Numbered from the stretch's first letter, positions 20,810 through 32,031 are shown. The stretch: DNA of 64,000 bases from Nitrospirota bacterium (GCA_963754875.1 CAVWHO010000016.1:192001-256000); one strand, 5' to 3'. Made by a program: numbers and translations. Notes: generated by a model not told the origin, from the letters alone.

Positions 20810-21265
20810 TTAGCGTTTAATGAGCTCCTTTTCGATATTCGCGATCTTGCTCAGCCGCCGCACATGCCGTTCCGCACCCGAGAATGTCGACTTCAAATAC
20901 GTAGCTACGATATCCTTTGCCAATTCAGGTCCGATGACCCGTGCTCCAAGACATAAAACATTCATATCATCGTCCTCCACGCCTTGGTGCGCAGAGAAGG
21001 TGTCGTGGCATATGGCGGCCCGGATCTCGGGGAATTTGTTCGCCGCTACACAGGCCCCGACCCCGCTGCCGCAGATAAGTATCCCCCGCTCTGCTCTCCC
21101 ATCGATAACAGCATTGGCCACGGCCCGGGCATAGTCAGGATAATCGACTGGGTCGCTGTCATAGGTCCCCAGGTCACGTACGGCGTGACCCAGCTTTTTA
21201 ATGTACTCCAGGAGAATTACTTTCAGGTGAAATCCCCCGTGGTCAGCACCGATGGCGATATTCAT
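20810..21265 (-). CDS. rpiB: Ribose-5-phosphate isomerase B
   Basis: GADHGG, VDYPD, CGSGVG, NVLCLGARVIG. Confidence 0.95.
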   Translation of the reverse strand: MNIAIGADHGGFHLKVILLEYIKKLGHAVRDLGTYDSDPVDYPDYARAVANAVIDGRAERGILICGSGVGACVAANKFPEIRAAICHDTFSAHQGVEDDDMNVLCLGARVIGPELAKDIVATYLKSTFSGAERHVRRLSKIANIEKELIKR

Positions 21266-21291
21266 TGTCTTACGCTCCTTCACCGTCTTCA

Positions 21292-23037
21292 TCAACAATA
21301 AAGCGGATCGGCGCAGGTCAGGACCTGTTCGCTCTTGCTGCCGCTGCGAAAAACCGTAATACCTTTGACGCCTTCCCGGTAGGCGAGGAGAAAGGCCTTT
21401 CGCACGTCTTCCTCGGTGGCCTGCTGCGGAAAGTTGATCGTCTTGGACACGGCGTTGTCCGTGTGGCGCTGAAACGCCGCCTGCATGCGCACGTGCCACT
21501 CGGGCGCGATTTCGAAGGCCGTCACAAAAAGACGCTTCACGTCTTCGGGCACGCTGCTCATGCGCTGGATGGATTCTCCTGCCAGGACTCGCATCAGTAG
21601 CTGGTCGCTGAAGAACCCCTGCTTTTTTGCCGTTTCGAGGAAGGACTTGTTGAGCTCCGGGAGCTCGACGTCTCCCAGTATGTGGCGCGTAAAGGAGAGC
21701 GCAAAGAGCGGCTCGATGCCGCTTGAGCAGCCCGCAATGATCGAAAGTGTTCCCGTCGGAGCAACCGTCGTCACGGTCGCGTTCCTGAGAGCGGGGCCGC
21801 CCGCTCGATCGTATCTGCTCCCGGGATAGTTCGGAAACACACCGCGTTTTCGTGCAAGTTCGGCCGAATACGCCCGCCCTTTTTCCCTCACGAATTTCAT
21901 GATCTCCTCGCCCGTGCTCAGTGCTTCTTCGGAATCGTAAGGAATACCCAGGCGGATCAATATGTCGGCAAAACCCATGACGCCGAGGCCGATCTTCCGG
22001 TTGCCCTTTGCCATTCGGTCGATTTCGTCGAGCGGATACCGGCTCACATCGATCACGTCGTCCAGAAAATTGACGCCGATCCGCACGGTCTGTTTTAGTT
22101 TTTCCCAGTCTATCTCAGCAATACCGTTAACGGACTTGACCATCAGGCCGAGGTTGATAGACCCGAGATTGCACGGTTCGTAGGGCAGGAGCGGCTGCTC
22201 GCCGCAAGGATTGGTGCTCTCCATCTCTCCGAGCTGCGGGGTGGGATTGTCCCGGTTGATCCGGTCGAGAAACACTACGCCGGGATCTCCCGTTTTCCAG
22301 GCCATCTGCACGATCCTGTCGAAAACCTCCCGTGCCTTCAGCGTCTTGACCACCTGCCGGTTGTGCGGATTGACAAGCAACAGCTCCCCGCCGCTCTCGA
22401 CAGAATGCATGAAATTCTCGGTCACAGCCACAGAAATATTGAAATTTGTCAATTCTCTGTTGTCTTCCTTGGCTGAGATGAACTCCAGGATGTCGGGATG
22501 ATCCACGCGCAGGATTCCCATGTTCGCACCGCGCCGGGTTCCGCCTTGCTTGATCACCTCCGTGGCTATGTTGAAAACCCGCATGAACGATACCGGACCA
22601 CTTGCTGCGCCACTGGTGGTGCGCACGGCATCGTCCTTGGGCCGCAGCCTGCTGAACGAGAAGCCTGTGCCGCCTCCACTCTGGTGGATGAGGGCCGTAT
22701 TCTTGACTCCGTCGAAGATGGATTCGAGCGAATCTTCGATCGGCAGCACGAAACAAGCTGCCAGCTGCTGAAGAGGCCGACCTGCATTCATCAGGGTCGG
22801 TGAATTCGGCAGGAATTCGAGATTTGCGAGTACGCTAAAAAATTCCTCTTCCGTTGCTCGGATATCCGCGTGGTCGTCATAGAGAAGCTCGGCCTGGGCA
22901 ACATTGCTCGCCACCCTGCGAAACATCTCTTCCGGCGACTCTACAGGCCTCCCGTGGTCGTCCTTTTTCAAATAGCGGCGCGAAAGCACCGCCAATGCAT
23001 TTGCAGTAAGGCCCGTATCCTGTGTCTTTACAGTCAT
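21292..23037 (-). CDS. nrdJ: Class II (adenosylcobalamin-dependent) ribonucleotide reductase, compact form
   Basis: PNSPTLMNAG, ACFVL, TNPCGEQ, APTGTLS, SKTINF. C-terminus ends in CADPLYC. Confidence 0.88.
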   Translation of the reverse strand: MTVKTQDTGLTANALAVLSRRYLKKDDHGRPVESPEEMFRRVASNVAQAELLYDDHADIRATEEEFFSVLANLEFLPNSPTLMNAGRPLQQLAACFVLPIEDSLESIFDGVKNTALIHQSGGGTGFSFSRLRPKDDAVRTTSGAASGPVSFMRVFNIATEVIKQGGTRRGANMGILRVDHPDILEFISAKEDNRELTNFNISVAVTENFMHSVESGGELLLVNPHNRQVVKTLKAREVFDRIVQMAWKTGDPGVVFLDRINRDNPTPQLGEMESTNPCGEQPLLPYEPCNLGSINLGLMVKSVNGIAEIDWEKLKQTVRIGVNFLDDVIDVSRYPLDEIDRMAKGNRKIGLGVMGFADILIRLGIPYDSEEALSTGEEIMKFVREKGRAYSAELARKRGVFPNYPGSRYDRAGGPALRNATVTTVAPTGTLSIIAGCSSGIEPLFALSFTRHILGDVELPELNKSFLETAKKQGFFSDQLLMRVLAGESIQRMSSVPEDVKRLFVTAFEIAPEWHVRMQAAFQRHTDNAVSKTINFPQQATEEDVRKAFLLAYREGVKGITVFRSGSKSEQVLTCADPLYC

Positions 23038-23121
23038 TCTGAACCCCTAACCACTATTTTAGCACTCTTGAGAATCGACCGTACTTTCACCAGCTTGGTA
23101 GAAAGAAACGCCATCACGACC

Positions 23122-23829
23122 TTAGTAGTAAGAGACGAACAGGACCAGGAACAGGATGCTTTTTGTGACCTCGATCCAACCGGTAGTCTGCAGCCTGACT
23201 TTGTAGAGCGTGGCTGCAGCTACGAGGTTCTCGACCAGGGGAAGGAGAATGAGCAGGGGGATAAACATTCGGTGATAGACATATGCGGAGAGCAACACAT
23301 ACACAATCGTCAGGATCCGGTCCGCCGTTTTTTTCATCAGCATCGCCTTGATCTTGAAAATACCGGCGGTAAAATACACCGCCAGGCCGAGGAACAACCT
23401 GACGTCAAGCCCCCCGGTGAGGAGGTACTTCGCAAGCACGCCCGCCAGGCTGAGCAGCACGAACCCCAGGATCTCCGTGAGAATAAAATGCTCGCCAGCC
23501 AGCTTGTTTGACAGGAGATAGGCCGCAGGGAAAATCAAGAGCGGCAGAAGCATGGTTATATCGTTCCGGAAGACGGCGAGCAGGATCGCTGCCGCCGAAG
23601 CGACGTGGCCCAGGAAAACGACCAGCGGCGTTCGGTCGTCCCTGCTGCGACGCCATTTCATGAATGCCTGTTTGGAGTTAATCAGCACGGCAAGTGCGGC
23701 AAAGAGTGGAAAGAGTAACCACGTAAATGCGTGGCTTACACCAGCGCCTATTAAATACGCGACGACCAATACGCTCCACGAGCCATACTCTTTTAAGAGG
23801 TATGATTTTGCTTCTGTTTTCATATACAA
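23122..23829 (-). CDS. YwiC-like integral membrane protein
   Basis: N-terminal KEYGSW motif; multiple TM helices. Confidence 0.6.
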   Translation of the reverse strand: MYMKTEAKSYLLKEYGSWSVLVVAYLIGAGVSHAFTWLLFPLFAALAVLINSKQAFMKWRRSRDDRTPLVVFLGHVASAAAILLAVFRNDITMLLPLLIFPAAYLLSNKLAGEHFILTEILGFVLLSLAGVLAKYLLTGGLDVRLFLGLAVYFTAGIFKIKAMLMKKTADRILTIVYVLLSAYVYHRMFIPLLILLPLVENLVAAATLYKVRLQTTGWIEVTKSILFLVLFVSYY

Positions 23830-24034
23830 AGTATATCATGGGTCGCGAGATGCTGTTATGAGGGGAATCATGATTTCGAAACGTGAAACGCATTCCGACA
23901 GATAAATCTGTCTGACCATGATTGGAGTGCGACGGCAGAACAAGGTTGTGGTAGCCGCAATTTCGCGCTCTGTCTTGACAACGGGAAAGGCTGGATAGTG
24001 TTGAAGTAGATTGTCGAAGTGAAAGGAGGCAGAG

Positions 24035-24415
24035 AGGAAGAAGCGTATAACCATAGACGTTTTGGCCTTTGCTCTTGCCTTAGGGGCAGCGTATGCTGCA
24101 GAGGTGAGCACGCCTATGACGGGCGGGACGAGTGTTTCAGAAATGTATATGCCAATGACGCACGAGATGAGCAGTGCAGGAACCTATAATGGTATTACCT
24201 GTTTTGATACTGGTTCAGGGTGTGAGATTGCTCAAGGCGCAGGTGCAGACGGATTCGCTCCAGAAGAACCAGGCTTAGAACAGAACGACGGATGACGAGT
24301 TCTGATTTAGGCAGGGCTCCCTGGCAGGAAAGGGTTCATGCATAGAAAGCACCGTTTCTGCGGGACCCGCAAGAGATAACGGTGTTACGGTTTTTTTGAA
24401 ACAGAACCGATAGAA
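24035..24415 (+). pseudogene. Decayed small secreted protein with NG(I/V)TxF-like repeats
   Basis: AAGGAGG RBS followed by AGG instead of ATG; signal-peptide-like KKRITIDVLAFALALGAAYA; YNGITCF and, after stops, DNGVTVF. Confidence 0.4.
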
Positions 24416-24501
24416 GCGAATGACGAGCTTCTTTAAAAAGACGACAATAAGGCGGTGCAAATCAAAAGTAAGCGGACAGTAGCAAGTATCAAATGTAGAG
24501 T

Positions 24502-24535
24502 AAAAAAAGCAGGCGATAAGTTAGCCTGCTTTTTG
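24502..24535. terminator. Bidirectional intrinsic terminator
   Basis: AAAAAAAGCAGGC-gataagtta-GCCTGCTTTTT between convergent units. Confidence 0.75.
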
Positions 24536-24542
24536 TTTCCTG

Positions 24543-25181
24543 CTACGGGAATATCGCCCCTTGAGTGAATCCATGCTTGGTACTTACATCATAAGCCTGC
24601 TCATCGTCGTTCAATTTCTTCATTCTCAGGCGGCAGAGCGTCTGCACTTCCCGGTCAAGGCCGGAGCAGCTCGGCGCCGGCGGTAATTTGCCCACGGATT
24701 GAGAAAGTTCAGTTGCCGCTTTCACGGCAATGTCCCGATGCCCGTTTTCATGCACGGTGAGGTTTTTCATGTAACTGTCCCATTTGGCTACGAGCGGCTG
24801 GGGCACCCCACCGGCGTGGACCCATTTGGGATAGAGGAAGACCACCTCGACAGAGGCTTTGAAAGAAACCGCAGTACAGGACTGGGGGGCACGGTCGTAA
24901 TCGTAGTTCCACTTCACTCGCCAGCTTGTCACAGAATCGTACTTTCTTCCATCATCCCATCTGCAGCTGTTATGGTTCATGTCACAACGCAATTCCGGTT
25001 CGCTCGACCCCTTGACTTCATAGTATTCGAACTTTTCAGTCACCTTGGGCGAAATTGACGGCTTTATCATGAGACGGTCAATGTTTTTATCAACTTTTGC
25101 AATAACGATTTTATCTTGAGCTGCACCTATTGATGCAGCAGCAATTAACAGAAGTAGAAGAAAAACCGTGCTTTTTATCAT
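24543..25181 (-). CDS. Secreted DUF922-like putative Zn-dependent protease
   Basis: Signal peptide, YYEVKG, YPKW, HENGH (HExxH), HGFTQGA. Confidence 0.75.
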   Translation of the reverse strand: MIKSTVFLLLLLIAAASIGAAQDKIVIAKVDKNIDRLMIKPSISPKVTEKFEYYEVKGSSEPELRCDMNHNSCRWDDGRKYDSVTSWRVKWNYDYDRAPQSCTAVSFKASVEVVFLYPKWVHAGGVPQPLVAKWDSYMKNLTVHENGHRDIAVKAATELSQSVGKLPPAPSCSGLDREVQTLCRLRMKKLNDDEQAYDVSTKHGFTQGAIFP

Positions 25182-25473
25182 GTCGAAACCCCAAATAAAA
25201 TACTTGGATTTAGGTGTCTCTATTCTTTATAAGAAATCAGGTGAAGAAAAAACAATGGCAAGAAAAAAAAGAAACGAGGGCATAGCCTCGAACAAATGTT
25301 CGCACATTTGATTGTAACATACAACTTTCGACCATTTGAATCAAGTGAGAAAAAAGGATCGGAGTTATGTCCTAGCCCGTGATAGAGTACTTTCGGCTTA
25401 TGGAACATTCTGACTCAGGTACACTTTTTGGTCTTCTTTATCAGCAGGCAATATGATTCTGAAGTCTGACAAT

Positions 25474-25500
25474 AAAAAAGGCCAGGCATTCAGCCTGGCC
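25474..25500 (-). terminator. Intrinsic terminator of the nuo operon
   Basis: Minus-strand GGCCAGGC-tgaat-GCCTGGCC-TTTTTT downstream of nuoN. Confidence 0.8.
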
Positions 25501-25553
25501 AATTTGCGGACGTTTCCATTCCTGCATTTTCCCGTATCCGGAAAGCGCAGCAC

Positions 25554-27008
25554 TCACATGATCCCGGTGATCGAGGCACGCGCGTAGTTCAGGATATCCG
25601 TCGGATACACCCCGATAACGAGCACAGCGGTTACCGAGATCGCCAGCGCCAGTGCGAGGGACGGAGACGTCAAAAGCTCAACGCTGCCTTTCGGCTCATG
25701 CATATACATGACCATGATGACCCGGAGATAAAAATAGGCGCTCACCGCAGAGAACAGCACACCCGCTACCGCAAGCCAAATGAGCCCTGCCTGCACCGCG
25801 GATTTAAAGATATAAAATTTCCCCACGAACCCTGCAAGAGGCGGGATGCCGGTGAGCGAGAACATGAAAATCAACATAAGAAAAGCCGCGGTCTTGTTCG
25901 TTTTGCCGAGCCCCGCAAAATCGGAAATTTCCTCGCCCCGCTCCCCAGCTTTTCTGAGCATGATCACAACGCCGAAAGCGCCCATGTTCATGAGGGCATA
26001 GATGCAGACATACAACATCACGCTCGCAGCGCCATCCGGCCCTCCGGCTGCAAGACCGACGAGAGCATACCCGGCATGGGCAATTGACGAGTAGGCGAGC
26101 ATCCGCTTGATATTGGTCTGGGACAAGGCCATGATGTTGCCGACGGCCATGGTAAGGACCGCAAGCCCGGAAATGATTACCGTAGAGTGTTGGTGCAGCG
26201 GTTCAAAGGCATACAGGAAAACCCTGAGCAGCACGGCGAAACCGGCCACCTTGGGTCCTGCAGACATAAAAGCCGTAACCGAGGTCGGCGCCCCCTCATA
26301 CACATCAGGCACCCACATATGGAACGGCACGGCTGCCACCTTGAACCCGAAGCTCACGACCAGCATGATCATGGCGAGAAAGATGATAGGGTTCGTAAGG
26401 CTGGTACTACGCAGGTACGTCAGGATCCCGGTGAGATTCGTGGTGCCCGAAAGCCCGTAGAGAAGCGACATGCCGTAGATCATAATGGCCGAAGAAAAGG
26501 CGCCAAGGATGAGATATTTGATCGCGGCCTCGTTCGACCGGTTGTTGTGCCGCATAAAGCCCGCAAGAATGTAGATGGAGAGGGCCATGAGTTCCAGGCC
26601 AAGATAAATCGTAATCAGGTCCCCTGCCGATGCCATGAGCATCATACCGCTCGTTGCAAAGAGCATGAGGGCGTAGTATTCGCCGCGATGGATGTCCTCG
26701 ATCTTGAGGTAGTTGATTGAAACCAGGATCCCGAGTCCGCAGGCAATGTAGAAGACAAATTTAAAAAATGTGGAGAAGGCGTCCAGCTGAAACGTTCCGG
26801 CAAAAACGACCTCGTTTGCGCCCATTAACTTATAAGTAGCGATGGCTGCACCGACGACGCCGAGCACGCTGAACCAGCCGAGTATTGATTTTCGGTCCTT
26901 CTCGACGAAGAAATCGAAGATGAGCACTAAGAGAGCAGTGACGATCATGATAGTCTCAGGCAATATCGGAATTATCTTTTGCAGAAATTGTTGATACAGA
27001 GTGGGCAT
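25554..27008 (-). CDS. nuoN: NADH-quinone oxidoreductase subunit N
   Basis: EAAIKY, FKVAAVPFHMWVPDVYEGAP, KRMLAYSSIAHAGY. Confidence 0.95.
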   Translation of the reverse strand: MPTLYQQFLQKIIPILPETIMIVTALLVLIFDFFVEKDRKSILGWFSVLGVVGAAIATYKLMGANEVVFAGTFQLDAFSTFFKFVFYIACGLGILVSINYLKIEDIHRGEYYALMLFATSGMMLMASAGDLITIYLGLELMALSIYILAGFMRHNNRSNEAAIKYLILGAFSSAIMIYGMSLLYGLSGTTNLTGILTYLRSTSLTNPIIFLAMIMLVVSFGFKVAAVPFHMWVPDVYEGAPTSVTAFMSAGPKVAGFAVLLRVFLYAFEPLHQHSTVIISGLAVLTMAVGNIMALSQTNIKRMLAYSSIAHAGYALVGLAAGGPDGAASVMLYVCIYALMNMGAFGVVIMLRKAGERGEEISDFAGLGKTNKTAAFLMLIFMFSLTGIPPLAGFVGKFYIFKSAVQAGLIWLAVAGVLFSAVSAYFYLRVIMVMYMHEPKGSVELLTSPSLALALAISVTAVLVIGVYPTDILNYARASITGIM

Positions 27009-27022
27009 GATTTCTCCTTACC

Positions 27023-28561
27023 TTATTTTCCTATCACGGTGCTGAGCATCTGGGTGACCGCCGGTGCCGTCGCCACCTTGGCGTTGATCTGCTGAACCAA
27101 GTTTTCCACCGAGGCATGCATCACACCAAAGGCGGCGTTCGGGTAAAGACCGATGAGGAACACCAGCACGACGAGCGGAAATGCCGCCGCAACTTCGCGG
27201 ACATTCATGTCTGCAAGGTGCTCATTATGTGAATTCGTTATCTTGCCGAAGGCAACGCGCTGGTAGAGCCAGAGCATGTATCCTGCGCCGAGGATGATGC
27301 CCAGCGACGCGATCACGGCGTACGGTTTATAGTGCAAAAATGCGCCCAGGAGGATCGTGAACTCGCCGATAAAACCGTTCGTTCCCGGCAGCCCGATTGA
27401 CGAAAACGTGATGATCATCAGGAATGTGGCGTACACCGGCACCCGGGCCGCGATCCCGCCGTAGTCCGCGATCTGCCTCGTGTGGGTCCGCTCGTAGATC
27501 ACACCCACGGCGAGGAACAGCGCGCCGGTCGAGATGCCATGATTCAGCATCTGAAGGATGCCGCCTTCGAGGCCCTGGAGGTTCAACGCAAAGATGCCGA
27601 GGGTCACAAAGCCCATATGGCTAACACTGGAGTAAGCAATGAGCTTCTTGAAATCGGTCTGCGCAAAGGCCATATAGGCGCCGTAGATGATGGCAATGAC
27701 CGAGAGCACCATGATGGCAGGCGTCCAGGCAATGGCCGCGTCGGGGAAGAAGGGCAGCGAGAAGCGCAGAAACCCGTAGGCCCCCATCTTGATGAGGATG
27801 CCCGCAAGAATGATACTGCCGGCAGTCGGCGCCTCAACGTGGGCGTCGGGCAGCCAGGTGTGGACCGGGAACATCGGGACCTTGACGGCAAAAGCCGCGA
27901 AGAAGGCCGCAAACACCCACATCTGGAAGGTGTAGTCGAATTTATGATTCATGAGCGCGAGCACGTCGAACGTGTGTCCGGCCGCGAAATAGACCGCGAT
28001 GATCGCGATGAGCATGAGCACGCTGCCGACCAGCGTGTAGAGGAAGAACTTGATTGCTGCATACAGCCGGTTCGGACCGCCCCAGATCCCGATCAGAAGG
28101 TACATGGGGATGAGCATGGCTTCCCAGAAAATATAGAAGAGGAAGAGGTCAAGGGAAACAAAGACGCCGATCATGGCCGCTTCGAGGAACAGCATGGCGA
28201 TCATGAATTCCCGCACCCGGTCCTGGATGGCGGTCCAGGAGACCATGATCGATATGACCGTGAGGAGCGCAGACAGCGCGACGAACAGAATGCTGATCCC
28301 GTCAACGCCGAGCCGGTAATTGATGTTCCAGGCCGCGATCCAGGGCATGCTCTCGCCGAACTGCATGTTGGCAATGGAACTGTCGAAGTTTAGGAGAAGC
28401 GGTATGCACAGGCCGAGTTCGATGAGCGAAAAGGCGAGTGCTGTCCAGCGCACCACAACCGCATTTCGAATGAAAAGCAGGATAAACGCCCCGGTCACGG
28501 GGAGAAGGATAAAAAGGCTCAGCAGCGGATAGTCAAGCTGATTGAGTTTCAATTCGAGCAT
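27023..28561 (-). CDS. nuoM: NADH-quinone oxidoreductase subunit M
   Basis: FWEAMLIPMY, HTWLPDAHVEAP, LPGTNGFIGEF. Confidence 0.95.
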   Translation of the reverse strand: MLELKLNQLDYPLLSLFILLPVTGAFILLFIRNAVVVRWTALAFSLIELGLCIPLLLNFDSSIANMQFGESMPWIAAWNINYRLGVDGISILFVALSALLTVISIMVSWTAIQDRVREFMIAMLFLEAAMIGVFVSLDLFLFYIFWEAMLIPMYLLIGIWGGPNRLYAAIKFFLYTLVGSVLMLIAIIAVYFAAGHTFDVLALMNHKFDYTFQMWVFAAFFAAFAVKVPMFPVHTWLPDAHVEAPTAGSIILAGILIKMGAYGFLRFSLPFFPDAAIAWTPAIMVLSVIAIIYGAYMAFAQTDFKKLIAYSSVSHMGFVTLGIFALNLQGLEGGILQMLNHGISTGALFLAVGVIYERTHTRQIADYGGIAARVPVYATFLMIITFSSIGLPGTNGFIGEFTILLGAFLHYKPYAVIASLGIILGAGYMLWLYQRVAFGKITNSHNEHLADMNVREVAAAFPLVVLVFLIGLYPNAAFGVMHASVENLVQQINAKVATAPAVTQMLSTVIGK

Positions 28562-28674
28562 GGATAAACTCCTTAATGAAACAGGGTACTGAGTGCAGAG
28601 TTCAGCGTGAAACCGTAATCGCTAAAGGAACGTTTGGCTATGTATTCGTATTATGGATCTTATAACTTCGTACG

Positions 28675-30610
28675 TTAATTAAAAATGTAGTACAAACCTA
28701 CCAGCACCACGAGGCCGAGCCCCATGGTAAAGGCGTACTGCTGCACATAACCGCTCTGAAGTTTCTTGCCGCTCTGACTCGTAGAGCCGATGAAGCCGGG
28801 CAATGCCATTCACCGCGCCGTCTACGATTTTCACGTCCCCCACCGTGTAGAGGAATTTCGCGAGTTTGTGGACCAGGCCGTCGACGAAGATGTAGTTGTA
28901 GATCTCGTCAACCTTGTACTTGTGCAGGAGCAGGTTGTACGTGCCGGCGAATTTCGTCGCCATTCGATCGGGGACTGACGTGTTCTTTACATACAGCATA
29001 TACGCAAGCCGGATACCGGCCGCTGCAACAGCCACGGAAAATACCATGAGCCCGAGTTCGAGCCAATGGCTTTCCGCTTCTGCAGCGTGCTCAGCGTGGG
29101 GAAAGAGCGGCGCTAGAAAATCTCCGAACAGGTTCGCATGGGGAATAATCGCACCCGGTATGCCGATCAAGCCGATGAACGCGGCGAAGAACGCGAGGAT
29201 CATGAGCGGTACGGTCATGACCTTGGGCGATTCATGCACGTGGTGCTCAACATCATGGTCCATCCGCGACTTGCCGTAGAAGGTAAGATAGATCAGCCGG
29301 AAGGAGTAGAAGGCAGTCATGAACGCACCGACTACGCCGAGTACCCACAACAGTCTGCCGAGGGACGAAGCGTTATAGGCGCTCCAGAGAATCTCGTCCT
29401 TGCTGAAGAAACCGGCAAAGGGGAAGATGCCGGCAAGCGCAAGCGAACCGATAATGAAAACGACATGGGTAATCTTGATCTTGGATTTGAGCGCGCCCAT
29501 CTTGCGCATGTCCTGCTCGCCCGAAAGGGAATGGATCACACTGCCCGAAGCAAGGAACAGGAGCCCTTTGAAAAACGCATGCGTCGTGAGATGGAAGATG
29601 CCGGCAGAGTACGCCCCCACGCCGAGGCCCAGGAACATATACCCGAGCTGGCTGATCGTGGAATAGGCAATTACCCGCTTTATATCGTTCTGCACGAGAC
29701 CGATGGTCGCGGCAAAGACGGCGGTCAGACCGCCCACGATCGCTACGGTGTTCATCGCAGTTTCAGAGAGCGAGAAGATCGGCGCGCAGCGCGCCACCAT
29801 GAACACGCCGGCGGTCACCATGGTTGCAGCATGGATCAGGGCGCTGACCGGGGTAGGGCCTTCCATGGCATCGGGCAGCCAGACATACAGAGGAAGCTGC
29901 GCAGATTTGCCCATCGCTCCCAGGAACAGGAGGAGCGCGATCAGCGTGACCACGTTGATCTCCCCGCCGAAGAGCTGATAGGTCTGGCTCGTGATCGCCG
30001 GGGAACCCATTGAGGCGAAGACTTCGGAAAAATCGAGAGTGCCGCAGGTCAGAAAAATGAGTAGAACGCCGAGCACGAACCCGAAGTCGCCCACGCGGTT
30101 TACCACAAAAGCCTTGACGCCCGCATCAGCAGCCGACTTTTTCTCGTACCAGAAACCGATGAGCAGGTAGGAGCAGAGGCCCACGCCTTCCCAGCCCACG
30201 AACATGACCAGGAAGTTATTGGCCATCACAAGTACGAGCATGAAGAACGTGAAGAGCGCCAGGTAGGAGAAGAACCGGGGATATCCCTTGTCGCCGTGCA
30301 TGTAGCCTACGGAGTAAATATGAATGAGCGAACTGAGCGTGGTCACCACCAGCAGCATCACCGCGGTGAGCTGATCTATCTGGAAACCCACGTTGACCGA
30401 GAAGGTGCCGACTGAGATCCAGTTGTAAAAATTCTCATTCAGCTTTGCCCCGCCGAGGACATCGATGAACGCGCTGATGGAAAGAATGAACGCGCCGATC
30501 ACGCCCGCAATGGGGAAGTAGGCGGCCCTCTCTTTCAGGATTTTCCCGAACAGCCCCGCAATCAAAAAGCCGGCAAACGGCAAGAGCGGTATGAGTGCGT
30601 ATGTGAGCAT
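28675..30610 (-). CDS. nuoL: NADH-quinone oxidoreductase subunit L (frameshift near 28799)
   Basis: GWEGVGLCSY, WLPDAMEGPTPVSALIH. The C-terminal LQSGYVQQYA lies in a shifted frame. Confidence 0.93.
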
Positions 30611-30664
30611 GTCATGCACCTCGATTTTCAACGGAATAATACGTTCTCAACAGCGGACCGGAAC

Positions 30665-30967
30665 TCAGCCCTTCATGATATTGAACTCGTCCACGTAGAT
30701 GCTCCCCCGGTTGCGCGAGAGCAGAATGATGATTGCGAGCGCCACGGCAGCCTCGGCAGCGGCCACCGTTATGACGAAGATGACGAAGATCTGTCCGGTC
30801 AACGATTGCAAATAGTGTGAAAAAGCGACAAGGTTGATGTTCGCCGCATTCAGCATGAGTTCAATGGACATCAGAATGATGAATATGTTGCGCCGGCTCA
30901 AGACGCCTATGATGCCGATCGAGAACAGTGCTGCGCTCAGCATGATATACCAGGACAGGGGGATCAT
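30665..30967 (-). CDS. nuoK: NADH-quinone oxidoreductase subunit K
   Basis: MSIELMLNAAN, VAAAEAAVAL. Confidence 0.95.
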   Translation of the reverse strand: MIPLSWYIMLSAALFSIGIIGVLSRRNIFIILMSIELMLNAANINLVAFSHYLQSLTGQIFVIFVITVAAAEAAVALAIIILLSRNRGSIYVDEFNIMKG

Positions 30968-31057
30968 GGGACCTCCAGACTAATCAGGGTCATGGGGCAG
31001 GGGTCATGGGTCACGATTTCCTTGACCCTTGCTGCTTGACCCTTGACCCGTCTTTTT

Positions 31058-31564
31058 TTACTCGTTACTCCTCTTCTTTGCCAACATGACCGCGCCCACC
31101 AGACCTACGAGCAGGATGATGGACGCCGCCTCAAAGGGGACCAGATACTTCTGGTACAGCAGTTCACCCAGTTCCTTGACGCCGCTTCCGGCAAGCTGCA
31201 TGGGCTGCCCCGTATCTGCAGAGAAGGTGCCACGCGAGATAAGAAGGATGACCTCGGCGGCGATCACCACGCCGAAACCGACCATCCAGGGCCAAAAGCG
31301 GTTGGCACGTACTGCGGAACTCTCCCGGTCCACGTTCAAAAGCATCACCACAAAGAGGTAGAGGATCAGGATGGCCCCTGCATACACAATGATCTGCACT
31401 GCTGCCAGGAATTCTGCGTTCAGGAGCACGAACACCCCTGCAATGTGAAAAAATAAAAGCAGCATGAACATCACACTGTGAATAGGGTTCCTTCGGGTTA
31501 TCATCAGGACGGCCGACAGCAGAATGACCGCTGCGAAGTACAGGAATATTAGCTCATGCGTCAT
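31058..31564 (-). CDS. nuoJ: NADH-quinone oxidoreductase subunit J
   Basis: QIIVYAGAILILYLFVVML, PFEAAS. Confidence 0.94.
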   Translation of the reverse strand: MTHELIFLYFAAVILLSAVLMITRRNPIHSVMFMLLLFFHIAGVFVLLNAEFLAAVQIIVYAGAILILYLFVVMLLNVDRESSAVRANRFWPWMVGFGVVIAAEVILLISRGTFSADTGQPMQLAGSGVKELGELLYQKYLVPFEAASIILLVGLVGAVMLAKKRSNE

Positions 31565-32031
31565 TTCTTGTTTACCGCCTTCCCGCCCATGAAGCGATCG
31601 CCCACGTCGACCAGGCGGTCCTTGGTATAGAACGCGTCTTTTCTCGAATAGCAGGCAAGTTCAAACTCGGGCGTCATCAGGATCGCCGATACGGGGCAGG
31701 CATCGATGCAAAACCCGCAGAACACGCACCGGAGCAGGTCGAGTTCGTAGGAGTTGACGAGCTTTTCGTGCTCGGACCCCTCTGAGGTTGTCACGGTAAT
31801 AGCTTTCGAGGGACAGACCGCCTCGCACAAACCGCAGCCGATACACGCCGCCTTTCCCGTTTCATCGCGCCGCATGGCATGGAGCCCCCGCGAACCGGGG
31901 ATCGGCTTTCGTTTGAACGTGGGGTACTGACGGGTGACGGCCGGCGTCAGCATGGTCTTGAGCGTCAATGCCATACCTTGGGCTATTTCGATCAGAAAGA
32001 TCGTTTTGAAGAACTGTTTCACTTTATTCAT
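31561..32031 (-). CDS. nuoI: NADH-quinone oxidoreductase subunit I
   Basis: CIGCGLCEAVCP and CVFCGFCIDACP. Confidence 0.93.
   Translation of the reverse strand: MNKVKQFFKTIFLIEIAQGMALTLKTMLTPAVTRQYPTFKRKPIPGSRGLHAMRRDETGKAACIGCGLCEAVCPSKAITVTTSEGSEHEKLVNSYELDLLRCVFCGFCIDACPVSAILMTPEFELACYSRKDAFYTKDRLVDVGDRFMGGKAVNKK

Noticed and set aside
25220..25408. 62-aa ORF upstream of the DUF922-like gene
   Set aside because: Low-complexity AT-rich promoter-like region, with no RBS or recognisable motif.
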